The position numbers were made by a program, and so were the translations under genes. The notes beneath the pieces are model-generated. The model was not told the DNA's origin. It ran no database searches and saw nothing but the letters and a program-made list of their open reading frames with translations. Source: Amoebidium appalachense (lineage: Eukaryota > Protista > Ichthyosporea). Taken from it: a stretch of 64,000 nucleotides of DNA. Numbering within the stretch: position 1 is the first letter of the stretch; the number at the start of each line of letters is the position of its first letter. The DNA is taken from positions 4,165,146 to 4,229,145 of the forward strand of contig CAVNZM010000009.1 of NCBI GenBank assembly GCA_963693365.1. The letters run 5' to 3'. Positions 1-11,365 of this stretch are shown piece after piece.

Positions 1-453
1 AGAGAGAGAGAGAGAGAGATAGAGATAGCAAGAGGCTCTGAGAGAGCGTGTATGGCTGTGTGTGCATGCATTGGTTTGATTCTCCCCCGCCGCAAAAAAA
101 AAAATAAACTAAAAGAGGATATGGGGTGTGGGTTGGTGGTGGGTTCAATTCTGGGTTGGTTTGGAAGAAGGATGGGGGGGTGGGGGAGGGGGGCTGGGGG
201 GAGGGGGGGAAAGGGGGGGGGGGGGGGGGGGGGGGCATGTAACCAAGTTTGCAGAGAATCTCCTTAGGGGGGAGGGGGGAGGGGGGGGGGGAAGGACGGA
301 CCAGAGCTATTCCGGGGGGGGGAGGGGGAGGTGGGGGAGGGGGGAAGGGGGGGGGGGATGGAGGAGGAAGGGTGGACATGAAGGTACGGGGGGAGGCGCG
401 GGGGTGTAGTGTGGGCAGGGGAGGAGGAGAGGAGGGGAAGGGGTGTTGCTGAC

Positions 454-1149
454 CTCGCATGCATGTGTGTACATGTAAGGGGTGAGGGCCGGCTTGGGCA
501 AAAGATACTGCGTGTTAATGGACTTGTAGGGCTCAGCATACCACCATGGGTGCTTGCGGGTAGTGGCGCTCCATCCTGTCATATGACCATATTAGGAAGT
601 GCTTCCATATTTGGAAGTGGAGCAAAGCTACAACTCTAAAAATACGGGTTATATAATGCAGGGATGGGCAAGGAATATTGGAAAGCGAAGAGTGAAGAGA
701 AAAAGGATGGTTTGGGAGAAGAGAGAACCTACGGAGGAGGGAAAGGGGAAGACAGGGAGGGGGAGGTGGGTTATATAGCTGTGCATGCATAGGTGTGAGA
801 ACACAGGCTTCTTCTTTTTTTTTGTTTGGGGGGGGGGGGGGGGGAGGGGAAAGGAGCAAGGGAGATGGGGGGGGGGAGGGGGGTTGCACACACCGTTCAT
901 GGAGATAAGCACGGGGGTAAAACACTTGAACTGAAGATCACGGGTGAAGACCTCGGGGGATCCATCGAAAATTCCGTCTACGTCCGAGGATCCTGATTGG
1001 TCCCCTGTCCACGTGACCGCATACCTTTGCGTTCCCGCCCACCCCATTACCGTCCACACCATTCCACGTGTTTTGGAGTTTTCGGTGAGTCCTCTGTGCA
1101 CCCGCCATATCATTGGCTAATAGCGAGTAGAGCTTGCCTGGTCCCGTCC
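454..1149 (-). pseudogene. Glycoside hydrolase family 31 gene fragment (spliced, degraded)
   Basis: Exon ~895-1149 encodes 'GWAGTQRYAVTWTGDQSGS/SDVDGIFDGSPEVFTRDLQFKCFTPVL'. Exon ~454-640 encodes 'MTGWSATTRKHPWWYAEPYKSINTQYL..LTPYMYT', with a GT donor at 453. There is an apparent frameshift near 1100, and the segment usually found between GDQSGS and DVDGIF is missing. Confidence 0.75.
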
Positions 1150-2233
1150 TAAAAGGGAATGGTGGATGTTAGCTAGTACCTTAAGAGTGGGGACAGGCCC
1201 CCGGTGGGAGAAGGGGGAGGGAGGGGGGGGAGGGAGGGGGGGGAGGGGGTCAGGGGATGGGGGAGGGGGGAAGGGAGGGGAGAAAGGAAGAGAAAGGTCC
1301 CCGGTGGGAGAAGTGGGGGGGAGCGGGGGGAGGGGAGGAGGGGGGAGGGGGGAGGGGGACGGGGGGGAGAAAGGAAGGAAGAAAGGGAGAGAATGAAGAT
1401 CGATAGATTCGGAGACTGTGAAAAGAAAACATGCCGACGGGGACTGTGAGGATTGTTGGAGACCTTGCTTTCATTTTTTGCGCCTCAAAGGTTTTTTTTT
1501 TTTTAATCGTTGTTGAGATGGAGACTAGATCGAGTCAGGACGGTCGCAGAGTCTCAGACAATCGATTCTGAGGGAAAGCTGAGTTGAGGAATTCACTCCG
1601 AAGGGAAAATGACAACTATACTATTTTATAGATCTGTAGCGTGGTTCATATATGTTCAATAAATGCAAAATCGGTTATAAAACGATTTTCTGCACTAATT
1701 TACCTGGCGAAACACGGGGTGAACGTTCATCATAGTATATATGTGTTCGTGTCTCAGATAGATACATACATGTGTTGAATCCGTGTAGAGTTAGCTGCGT
1801 GGTACGCGTGATCACATGTACACGAACAATGGGTCCGAGTCACAGGTCATGATCAAAATGTGCCACAACAAGTGTCACACAAGTTACGCATATGTGCCAA
1901 ATTGCCCTGCATGCGCAACAAGCTATTCAGGAAGCCTTGATGTGCAATCTAGCTTTGCCTAGCTTCAGTAGCTATTATAATAATAATCAACTGGTTGGAA
2001 GGTAGACAAATTGGATATCATTTTTAGTATTTTTCTTGTGGGTTGTGATCGATCGAGGGGACCGGTGGGGGGGGTGGTGATGAAAAGTGGGGGAGGGGGG
2101 GGGTGATGAAAAGTAGCTCTAGTTCCTGCATGGCCGGAGTTTCCTGCGCCTCATGCATATGTACATATATCCCAAGGAGGTCTCTTGTTAACAAACAGAC
2201 CCGGCAAACAAGCCCGGCGGGTATCAGCCCCCC

Positions 2234-2264
<31 letters not shown>

Positions 2265-3356
2265 AAAAAAAAAAAAAAAGATAGAAAAGAAAAAAAAACC
2301 TAGATTTTTGTTGCTTCCTACCAGGTGCTATGCTCAGCAAGGTACCTATGCACAAGAAGTTGCATAAAATCAAATACCCACCCATGTGGCAAAAAAGGGT
2401 ACCCATCCCCCCCACCCCCCCCCACTGGAAGCCAAGGCTTACTCAGCCCCATCCACTCGTATTCAATTCGCGCGAAAATCTTGGAACCTGCACTATAAAT
2501 ACCTAGTTTTTTGTTGTTTCCTTTTAAGAAAATAAAAGAAAGAAAAAAGGCCTACCACATTATGTTATGCATTCTGTGTACGGCCGTGAGCTCAACTGTT
2601 CCTCCGTATATTTCTTTGTCAGGGCGAAGTATCGCACAGGTCCCTCATGCTGGCGAACGTCTGAGAAGGAAAGAAAAAGCAGTGAAGGAAGGCATAGAAG
2701 GGTGCTGGTGGACCAGGTGGTGGTGGTGGTGGTGGTGGTGGTGGTAGTGGTGGTGGTTGTTGTTGTTTGGGGGGGGGGGGGGGGGGGGGGGGGGAGGGGG
2801 GCTAAATGGAGCATCTCCACCTCACCCTCTATTCCCCCCCCCCCCCCCCTCCCCCCTCTCTCTTCTCGAGGATCCCTCCTGTAACACCTCCCTCCTCTTT
2901 CTCTCTCTCTCTTTCTCTCTCCCAGGCCTCCTTTTCTTCCACACTCCTCACCCACCTATCCACTTCTCGTCACCCTGCACAACACTTTACCATCATTGAC
3001 TTCCTTCTTAATACGGTCGATTTCCTCACGGCCCAACTTTGTTTCCAATACCTGCACGCTCACGTCACACACATCATACAACCACCCTCCCAACCTGGTT
3101 AATTAGCTCCTTTTCTTTCTTTCTCTCTTCCTTTTTTTTTTTTTTTTTTTTTTTTTTTTGAAGTTGTCTTAGATACTGTGTCTGTAAGATGTGTGGCTTT
3201 AGCGGCCATGGCCGTGTAGTAGATTACCATTAATAAGGGGTGGCTCTCCTCTGTGTTATGATACACACACACCAGTTTAACCGGTCATGTATCGCCAAAT
3301 GTAGTTTGATAGACCACATAATACCGCAACACACACACGTCACATTCACAACAGAC

Positions 3357-3499
3357 ACCCAGAAAGATAGCCTACCTGTAAATCACAACATCCTTGATTT
3401 TATACTAAACACGCGTAACTACGACCTGTTTATTAGATGTATTGATTGGCTTGAGAAACACATCACTACAAAATTATAGCGCACGCGCACACACACACA

Positions 3500-3532
<33 letters not shown>

Positions 3533-3786
3533 CCAGCTGATACCGAGTGTCCCGAGGGGAGCCCCTTTAAAAAAAAAAAAAAAAAAAAAACGGGGAACCC
3601 CAACTAATTGATTTCTCCTTGTAGTCTTTATGGTGTCTCGTAGAGAAAGTAAACCCTGATATATAGTCACCACCCGACATCTATGTACGTGATCATGATA
3701 TACCGCTGAGGGGATATTCCGAGCAAAACCCGCCCCCATACCTGAGACTGGTTCTCTTTGCCTCGAGTAAACAGCGTAAACCCCAT
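3357..3786 (+). repeat. Dispersed repeat, copy A (copy B at 56021-56596)
   Basis: Colinear near-identical sequence 'acccagaaagatagcctacctg...cctcgagtaaacagcgtaaa' with internal (CA)n and poly-A tracts. Confidence 0.9.
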
Positions 3787-4358
3787 GTACATATATCATG
3801 CATATGGGGCACATGTTGTGTTTCCGGATTGGCCGGAGGGAGCGGCCAATAAAGTGCAATGATCCCCCCCCCCCCCCCCCCCCCTTTCTCTCTTTCCCAG
3901 AGTGCACGTGTTGACCCAGGGTTGCCTCCTGCCAATTTGTGGTTCGGATGTGAACGTACCCTTCCGAAGTACGTCTAGACCTACTGATTATGAAGATGCA
4001 GAGTAACCTCAGCCATACGTATGTATGCATGCCCGGGCCATACTTACAGCTCACGTTTAGATATCACCGGAATCAACCAGGCTGGAATCTCGAAGGTTGC
4101 GAAACCCATATAAGGCAGTAGTGCAAAACATACCGTGGACAATGATTGGCTATCTTGATTATCTATTCCTATTGGTGGCCTAAATTCGTTAGATCTAGCT
4201 TCATATAATTGGTTCGAAGGATCTGGGTGCAAGCCACCCCGGGTATATAAACCCGCTTTGCCAGTCAGTCGAACATGCCCAACAACTCAAAGCATACAAA
4301 AAAACAAGGCACGCCTACCAGCCAAAGCGCGCTCAAGCGTATTTAATACACCCTCAAA

Positions 4359-4789
4359 ATGGCCGCCCAGATACTTCTCTCGCCCTCACCATCGCCACCG
4401 CTGCCACCGTCGCAGCCGCCCACGGCCAGGCACCCGATTCCTGCACCATCACCAGAGTCGGCATGCTGCAATACGTCGACCTGGCCGTGCAAAATCACGC
4501 CACAAAAAACACAGAAACGCTGAGAGTCTACCCCACAGCCGTAGGAGATAAACATGTAGCGCAGGCAACCATTAATGCCCCTCACAAGACAAATGCCACT
4601 GCTAGTTACGTCTTTTCATTCACCGATTTGGTGCACGTGCCTCGATCGCGCGATCCCCACGTCGGCTCCAACCCCGGCTATGATCGAACGGTTGGCTGGC
4701 TGGGCCACAAGGAAGCGGTATACAGCATGGGATTTTGTCTCACGAAGAGTAAATTTGATGGTCTCTTCCCCGCCGGCACGGAGGTCTAA
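4359..4789 (+). pseudogene. Small secreted-type protein, frameshifted in its signal peptide
   Basis: TATA box GGTATATAAA at ~4242 and ATG at 4359 (MAAQILL). A 2-nt slip in ctctctc joins it to 'ALTIATAATVAAAHGQAPDSCTITRVGMLQY...' (ORF 4463-4789). Intronless. Confidence 0.4.
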
Positions 4790-5710
4790 GAGGATGAGCA
4801 GCGGTCGAGCCCCTACACCCTCGCCACATACACCATGAAGGACTCTGATCTCAACCTGAGCGGGTTTGTGCTGGCGATGAGCTAGTTTGACCCCATCGAG
4901 TATCCAAACGCCTTAGGCTCTGCTGCCACACACAGCACTGCCCCTCTGACGCAGTGCATTGTTCCTGACGTGATCCTGTCTCCGTAAAGCGATTGATTAT
5001 GTAATAACGTTGTTTGGGTGGTGACCGAACACTTACTGTAGAGTTACAGTTATTGTCACCAACCTTCTTATGATGTGAATTCGTACCAGCACACCACTGG
5101 CTTACTGTATTGCTTCCCTGCCAGAAAAGCTGAGACAAAAAGTTTACAACCTGAGCTAAGTTTGTATTAGTAGTTAAGATTGGTAAAGGTGTGTTAGCCT
5201 AGCTGAATCCACCATTAGTAGCACTCTAACCAGGGTACATGTTCGTATTGTTATTATAGGGGCACAGCCTGGGAACAAAACGGGATAAAATGAAAAAACA
5301 AAAAAATTGATGTGGATATCATAAATCAAACCAAAATGTCGCCCAAATTCCAGTACTATCAGTTTGCTGGCCATGAATGCATTGTTGTAGTGGATAATGA
5401 TGATTTGTGGACTAGAAAAACGTAAGCAAGCATTGCCATCATACATACATACAAGGAAGGCGTGCGATTATCAGTTATAAAATGAACAGATCTAGAGTTG
5501 CGGTCCCTTAAAAAGCAATAAACTTGTAGCTGTTGAAATGAATTGCCAGGCACGTATACATAGTAATGTAGTAATGCTAGTGCAATCTACAACATGATTA
5601 ATCTAGGCGACACGAAAGCATTGAGCGAGGACCGGCAGAACCTTTACACTCGTTACATCACTGACTTATGTAAATAAGAAATTTGCCATAGATAAATGCC
5701 GTATTATCAG

Positions 5711-5748
<38 letters not shown>

Positions 5749-5962
5749 CCCCCCCCTCCCCCCTCCCCCCGACTTCTTCCCCCGTTTCCCTCGCCAAAGA
5801 AGACCACTACCAACCTACAACCACCAATACCCCCGCCAGCCCGCCAGCCCGCCAGCCCGCCTGCCCATCCGCCGCCCGCTCGCCCGCTCGCTCGCACGCA
5901 CACACGCATGCACACAAGCTCGCGCGCACGCACGCGCGCGCGCACGCACCCACACACGCACG

Positions 5963-5993
<31 letters not shown>

Positions 5994-6614
5994 CCAACCA
6001 TACACACAAAACATCCACAATTCAGCTTTTAAGCCCACCCTTTCGTATTCTGTAAGGCTCTCTTGAGAGGCAGCGGGGGGGGGGGGGGGGGGGAGGGGGG
6101 GGGGGGAGGGGGAGGGGGGAGGGGGGGACGAATCAGACTCAGCTTACTGAATTACTCTTGAATATTTGGTTTACGTTGAAAACTTTCGAAAACGCCCAGA
6201 TTATTGAACAAACAAATTCACCTAAATAGCATCATTCTTCCTCGTAGACGGAAAAGTCACTTCACGTTTCGAATAGAAGTATAAATTCAATGGCCATTAT
6301 AAAGGCTATACCGTTGTTACCCACATCTGCCTCTGTACCCATTTCTATCTCATGTGGACTGGTGTGTGTTTTGCTGCTTGCAAAATTGCTTCGGAATCCA
6401 TGTCGTTGGTATGAGGCAGTTAGGCTCACTGCTAGCAGAGTGAGGTCTGAGAAAAGTGATCTGGAAATTGGGCAGAGGTCTTGGAAGCAGGGCAAAAGCC
6501 GTGGCAACGGGGCGGAGAGCAAAGGGGTGGGGGGTGGGGGGTGGGGGGGTGGGGAGTGGGGGGGGCAGAATAAAACAGCGAGAAAATAAGGTGTGTGTGT
6601 GTGGGGGGGGGGGG

Positions 6615-6715
6615 GTCGTCATCTCTAATTAAAATCCAGGTCGTCAAATTTGACTGGTCCAGGCCAAAGTGTCGTCATCTCTAATTAAAATCCAGGTCGT
6701 CAAATTTGACTGGTC
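6615..6715. repeat. 45-bp direct duplication
   Basis: gtcgtcatctctaattaaaatccaggtcgtcaaatttgactggtc occurs at 6615-6659 and 6671-6715. Confidence 0.9.
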
Positions 6716-6843
6716 TAGGGGGAATATCGGGCAGGCCAAAATGCACCCCCCCCCCCCCCCCTACTACCCTGGGTGACAGGGGGGTCAGAGGGTTTGTATG
6801 ACGTGGTGGGAGAAACACAGTGTGTGCGCGGCGGCGGCGGCGG

Positions 6844-6880
<37 letters not shown>

Positions 6881-8224
6881 TTAACAATCATTGTCGTGAC
6901 CTTAGCTTATGACATGTTTTGGCCGGAAAAAGATCATGTCTACTGTTACCAGTTTTTTTTCATCTTGGTGCAAATGATGTATTCGGGGGGGACCAGGGGG
7001 GGGGGGGGGGGGTTGTGGTATAATCATTATAGTGTCATGAGCTTGTTGCTTTGTGTGTTGGTCGAAAAGAAATCATGGCCAATGATAGCAGGATTTTACC
7101 AACTCGTTGCAAATGAGTGGTTTGTATGTATTTATCATGCCAATGGCATTGCATTTACCTTACAGAAGCCATAATACACCATTATGATTTAGTCGTAATC
7201 ATCTTGTATTCTTAATCATTCTTACATCACAATGTTAAAGTGGGTTTACATAGACTAAGTACCGCTCACATGGAATAAAACCCCGGGCCCCCCTCCGGCG
7301 GACAGCATATATATTTTGTATGTTTTAGTTGTCACTACGTCACAAAGAACCATACACAGCATCCAATTCATGTTATATTCGTAAATATCTTCTATGCACA
7401 ATTTTCAATCTTGATCTTATACTTGACACCTACATGAAATAAACCCAGACAGCATGCAACCAGCACATTCATGGTGTATTTAAATACGAGCAGGCATTAA
7501 GTCCTTCATTCCAGTTCAAACGATAATGGCATGTTGGCAGCAAAAAAAAACAAAAAAGCCCCAAAAAACACAAAAAAAACACCGATATCCACAAGGTCGT
7601 CTACACTACATCCACAGTTGACTTTGCATACGTCAGTTTGCGGGAGCCCACGCCTACCAGTGGTTCCTGGGCGGGCACATACACCATGAAGTTGAGATGC
7701 ACATCCTGTTGTAATATGTAGTATCTACATATTGTAAGATCTTCTCAGTTCGTGTTATGTTTTCGTTCATTTACTTAGTGTAAAAGATGTGCTCCTTGTA
7801 CGTAAATTATGACATCGATCTCCAGTGTGTTTGAGTACTTGTAATCGTGTTGTGTAGCCGGTTAGAAACATCACCTCTTTCCTCGTTACTTTTCACCTCA
7901 TTACTTTCTTATAGCTGTGACCTAATTATTTTAGACATAGATCTGATTTCCGACTGGTCGGAAATCATGTATGGATTTGACATAAGGGAAGTTCAGATAT
8001 TTATGCGAGATCGAAATAAATTGAGTTCAGTCGTGTCTAAACATTGATGTCTGTTGTGTACACTACTCCGATCGTTCCGTGTTTTGTTGTTGTGTGTCTG
8101 TGGTGTTTTCACACTGCACCACTGTGTCTCTGCTTCCGTCCCAAATACTTATACAATTTTACACATTCTTAATGCGTGCCCAATTCAACTTAACATACAA
8201 TGGGCACCAGCCTTCGCATTCGCC

Positions 8225-8571
8225 ATTGGACTGCTCCCCCTAGTTGAACAGTTTGGGGGGACAGTTGTAAGGGTTTTTCGGGTCGGACCGAAGGCCCGGG
8301 GGCCGCCAGGCCCGGGGCCCCGGGGACCGGGGGCCCCCCCACCCACGCGGGCCACGCGCGCGCCCCGGGCCGGGGCCCCCGGGGGGCAGTTAGCAGGCCC
8401 TGCTAACTGCCCCCCGGGGGCCCCGGCCCGGGGCGCGCGCGTGGCCCGCGTGGGTGGGGGGACCCCCGGTCCCCGGGGCCCCGGGCCTGGCGGCCCCCGG
8501 GCCTTCGGCCCGACCCGAAAAACCCTTACAACTGTCCCCCCAAACTGTTCAACTAGGGGGAGCAGTCCAAT
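8225..8571. repeat. 347-bp near-perfect palindrome (foldback element)
   Basis: Arms 8225-8397 and 8399-8571 are reverse complements with a 1-nt centre at 8398 and two visible mismatches. The arm is homologous to 60925-61065. Confidence 0.97.
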
Positions 8572-8853
8572 ATTGCTTCGCTCTGTCCAGTAGATCACTT
8601 CCGAAAATCTATCACGTGACGACCTTTCCCGATTATTCTTCCACAATTCATTTTCTATCATTTTCTATCACTATCAGACAGTTCTCCAATATTAGAACAG
8701 AAAACGGTCTATACCCAGATGGCCAGATGGCCAGATCAAATTCAGTGTGTGCAAAAATGTGGATAAAACGGGATAAAAACGGGAGCCAAAATGATCTGGC
8801 CATGTGGCCATGTGGCCATATAATAGCAAATCACTAGCTTGTAAGACACACAC

Positions 8854-9150
8854 TGCCACCACTGGGGGGCCTGGTTCCGGGAGGGCAGGGGGCACGGGGG
8901 CAGGTGAGGCATGCCGGCACGGGGGGCCTGATGCCACCACTGGGGGCCTGGTTCCGGGCAGCAGGGGGGGCACGGGGGCAGGGGAGCAGGGGAGCAGGGG
9001 AGGCAGGGGAGCAGGGGAGACTGGCATGCCCCTCACAGCATGAAAAAATGTTATGTATGCATATGGCCATGGTCACGTATACTAAGAGACTCCACTGGGG
9101 CCTGGTTCCTGGAGGATGGGGGGATGGGGGGCCGGGGGGGATGGGGGGCA
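8854..9150 (+). repeat. G-rich repeat cluster at the left edge of the viral segment
   Basis: Three copies of ccactgggg(g)cctggttcc (~8859, ~8937, ~9092) and tandem gcagggga units; G-quadruplex-prone. Confidence 0.7.
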
Positions 9151-9185
9151 GAGGAGCGTGGACAAATATTATGTATGCATAGTGT

Positions 9186-10376
9186 ATGTTGCCTGTGCAG
9201 CAGGTTATCAACAATGAGAATGTGCATGAGGCGCCACAGTGGTGTAAGTTTCTGGTGGCTTTAGGCATATACGAACCAATGCAGCTAGTACAGTGGTATG
9301 AGGAGAATGGCAATGGCCAAGGGTATGGACTGTTCTGGTACGATAAGAACGACGAGCCTGTGATAGACACGTGGAGTGAAGCCAATGAGATCACGCAGGT
9401 GGGGGTGGATACGATAAGCATGGGCGGATGTGATTGGCGTTTCTCCGAGGAGGACATGGCGTGGGCAGCACGTGTGGGGTGGGTGTGCGAGAAGTATGGC
9501 TACCTGCGACTGTTCCTGCCGGGCTGGAACATGCACGTGGCCGAGGCACCACAAGCGCACCAGCTGGTGTGCTATTTCCAGGGCCTTATCACCATGGGCC
9601 CGGACACACAGATAGATCACCGCAACCAAGTGGCTTCCGACAACCGGCGGACCAATCTCTGCCTGCGGCCAACAGCTTATAATAAGCTTAAAAAGCGAGT
9701 TGCAGGGCAGCCATGCCGGTTTGTGAACACGCGTGCCGATGGGCGCTTCGAGGTGCGGCTGCCTATGGTGCACAAGAAGGGCCGGTACCGGTTTTCCTGG
9801 TTCAAGCTCCTGTTCAATATCCAGGCTGATCCCCATCGCTATGCGAACTCGCTTCGTGGCCGCATCGTGATATCGGCAAGACCTTACTTTGCGTTCTACA
9901 ATGCCAGCATCCGGCTGTACTATTCGATCCTCTACGGCTGTGACAGCATCACGTTCTGGTTCTCCGGCCCTGCAGCCCGTTCTCTAGGGCTTCAGAACAA
10001 CGTGCCCAGTCAGAACCCATTTGCCGGTCGCCCTGTGCTATTGGTCCCCGCCGGGGGGCAGCAGGGCGTGGTGTCGCCCGGGCCGTATGGGCACGCAACA
10101 AGCATGCTGCAAGGCATCCCGTACACACGCGACACACCGCCCAAGCGGCTCTTTGTGCACCTAGACATCAACAACACCCGGGTCAAGGGTAACGTGCATG
10201 GGTTGCGCCCACTTGCCGTGGTGCCGACACGGAAGGCGGTTGACGACGTTTATGAACCGGTCATGCCCATCTACACGTCGTTGGTCGGCTGCGGGCCCGT
10301 TAGCACCGTCGGAGTGTCGATCGAGGACGAGTACGGCACACCCATAACAGGGGAGTACACAGTCATGCTGCGGTAA
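9186..10376 (+). CDS. HNH-type domain fused to a Polinton/PLV-like minor capsid (penton) domain
   Basis: The N-half has the HNH motif 'HQLV..QIDHRNQVASDNRRTNLCL..N'. The C-half 'FEVRLP..GRY.F..' to 'LFVHLDI..LAVVP..YEPVMPIYTSL..VSTVGVSIEDEYGTPI' matches the single jelly-roll penton pattern. AATAAA follows the stop. Confidence 0.6.
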   Translation: MLPVQQVINNENVHEAPQWCKFLVALGIYEPMQLVQWYEENGNGQGYGLFWYDKNDEPVIDTWSEANEITQVGVDTISMGGCDWRFSEEDMAWAARVGWVCEKYGYLRLFLPGWNMHVAEAPQAHQLVCYFQGLITMGPDTQIDHRNQVASDNRRTNLCLRPTAYNKLKKRVAGQPCRFVNTRADGRFEVRLPMVHKKGRYRFSWFKLLFNIQADPHRYANSLRGRIVISARPYFAFYNASIRLYYSILYGCDSITFWFSGPAARSLGLQNNVPSQNPFAGRPVLLVPAGGQQGVVSPGPYGHATSMLQGIPYTRDTPPKRLFVHLDINNTRVKGNVHGLRPLAVVPTRKAVDDVYEPVMPIYTSLVGCGPVSTVGVSIEDEYGTPITGEYTVMLR

Positions 10377-10401
10377 AAATAAAGTCTGTGCCAACGATCA
10401 A

Positions 10402-11364
10402 ATGATGCGTCTAGTGATATCGGCCATGCTGTGCGCGTCTACGGTGCAGTGCAAGAGGTCGCAGTGCCCGGCCGGGTCCGCGCTCCTGTTCTATCGAAGC
10501 TTCAAAAACGTACCGGACGGACCCTACGCCGTCGAGGTGTTGCGAAACGACGTGCCCAACGTGACGCTGGCGACCGGTGATGTCAGGAACATGATGATGG
10601 CCCATCAGGGAAGCCTGCGCATGAAACTGCCGGCCGGCTGTGTCGGCACCCAGGAATGCTCGTACCAGTGGAAGGTAGGCCTGGACCGGACTTTGGAGGC
10701 CATGTACGCATACAGCGTCAAATTCGAAAGCACGTACGACTTTGCCAAGGGTGGCAAGCTGCCCGGACTCTGCGGAAACACGTGCCCGACGGGCGGGCAC
10801 GACTCGTCGCTGGGCTTCAGCGCGCGTAACATGTGGCGCAAGAACGGCGAGCTCGTGAGCTACCTGTACCTGCACAGTAAAAAGGAGAGAATGGGGCGGG
10901 ATGTGGTGTGGATGAACGCCACGAGCGGCAAACCGCTGCGGCTGCCCACGGACAGGTGGGTGTTCCTTTATTTCTGGGTCCGACTGAACACGATCGGCAA
11001 GAACGACGGGCGGCTGGTTGGATTCTATAACGGCGAGGTTGCGGTCAATATCAAGATCGACTGGCGCAGGAGTGACGACGTGTTCATCGACACGTTCTAC
11101 TTTTCCAACTTTTACGGGGGCGGGGACAGCAGCTGGGCGCCGGACAGGGACATGTACATCCGGTTCAACGACCTCCAGGTGTGCACACGGGACGGATTTG
11201 GGTGGCTGAAGTACTACCAGGCGCCCCCTAAAAGCAACACCACGACGGCAGAAGAGGTCGGGAAGGATGTTGTGTCACAGACAGTGCCGGGCCTGCCAGG
11301 GCTCACGAAGCCAGCCCCCGCACGGCCATACGGGGCGTGCGTAATCCCCATACCAGAGCCCTAG
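10402..11364 (+). CDS. Secreted polysaccharide lyase, PL14-like (chlorovirus vAL-1/alginate lyase type)
   Basis: Signal-peptide-like N-terminus. Motifs 'YSVKFESTYDFAKGGKLPGL', 'GFSARNMWR', 'NDGRL' and 'FYFSNFYGGGDSSWAP'. Confidence 0.85.
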   Translation: MMRLVISAMLCASTVQCKRSQCPAGSALLFYRSFKNVPDGPYAVEVLRNDVPNVTLATGDVRNMMMAHQGSLRMKLPAGCVGTQECSYQWKVGLDRTLEAMYAYSVKFESTYDFAKGGKLPGLCGNTCPTGGHDSSLGFSARNMWRKNGELVSYLYLHSKKERMGRDVVWMNATSGKPLRLPTDRWVFLYFWVRLNTIGKNDGRLVGFYNGEVAVNIKIDWRRSDDVFIDTFYFSNFYGGGDSSWAPDRDMYIRFNDLQVCTRDGFGWLKYYQAPPKSNTTTAEEVGKDVVSQTVPGLPGLTKPAPARPYGACVIPIPEP

Positions 11365-11365
11365 T

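Noticed and set aside
8054-8661. Near-identical ORFs on both strands
   Set aside because: Artefact of the GC-rich palindrome.
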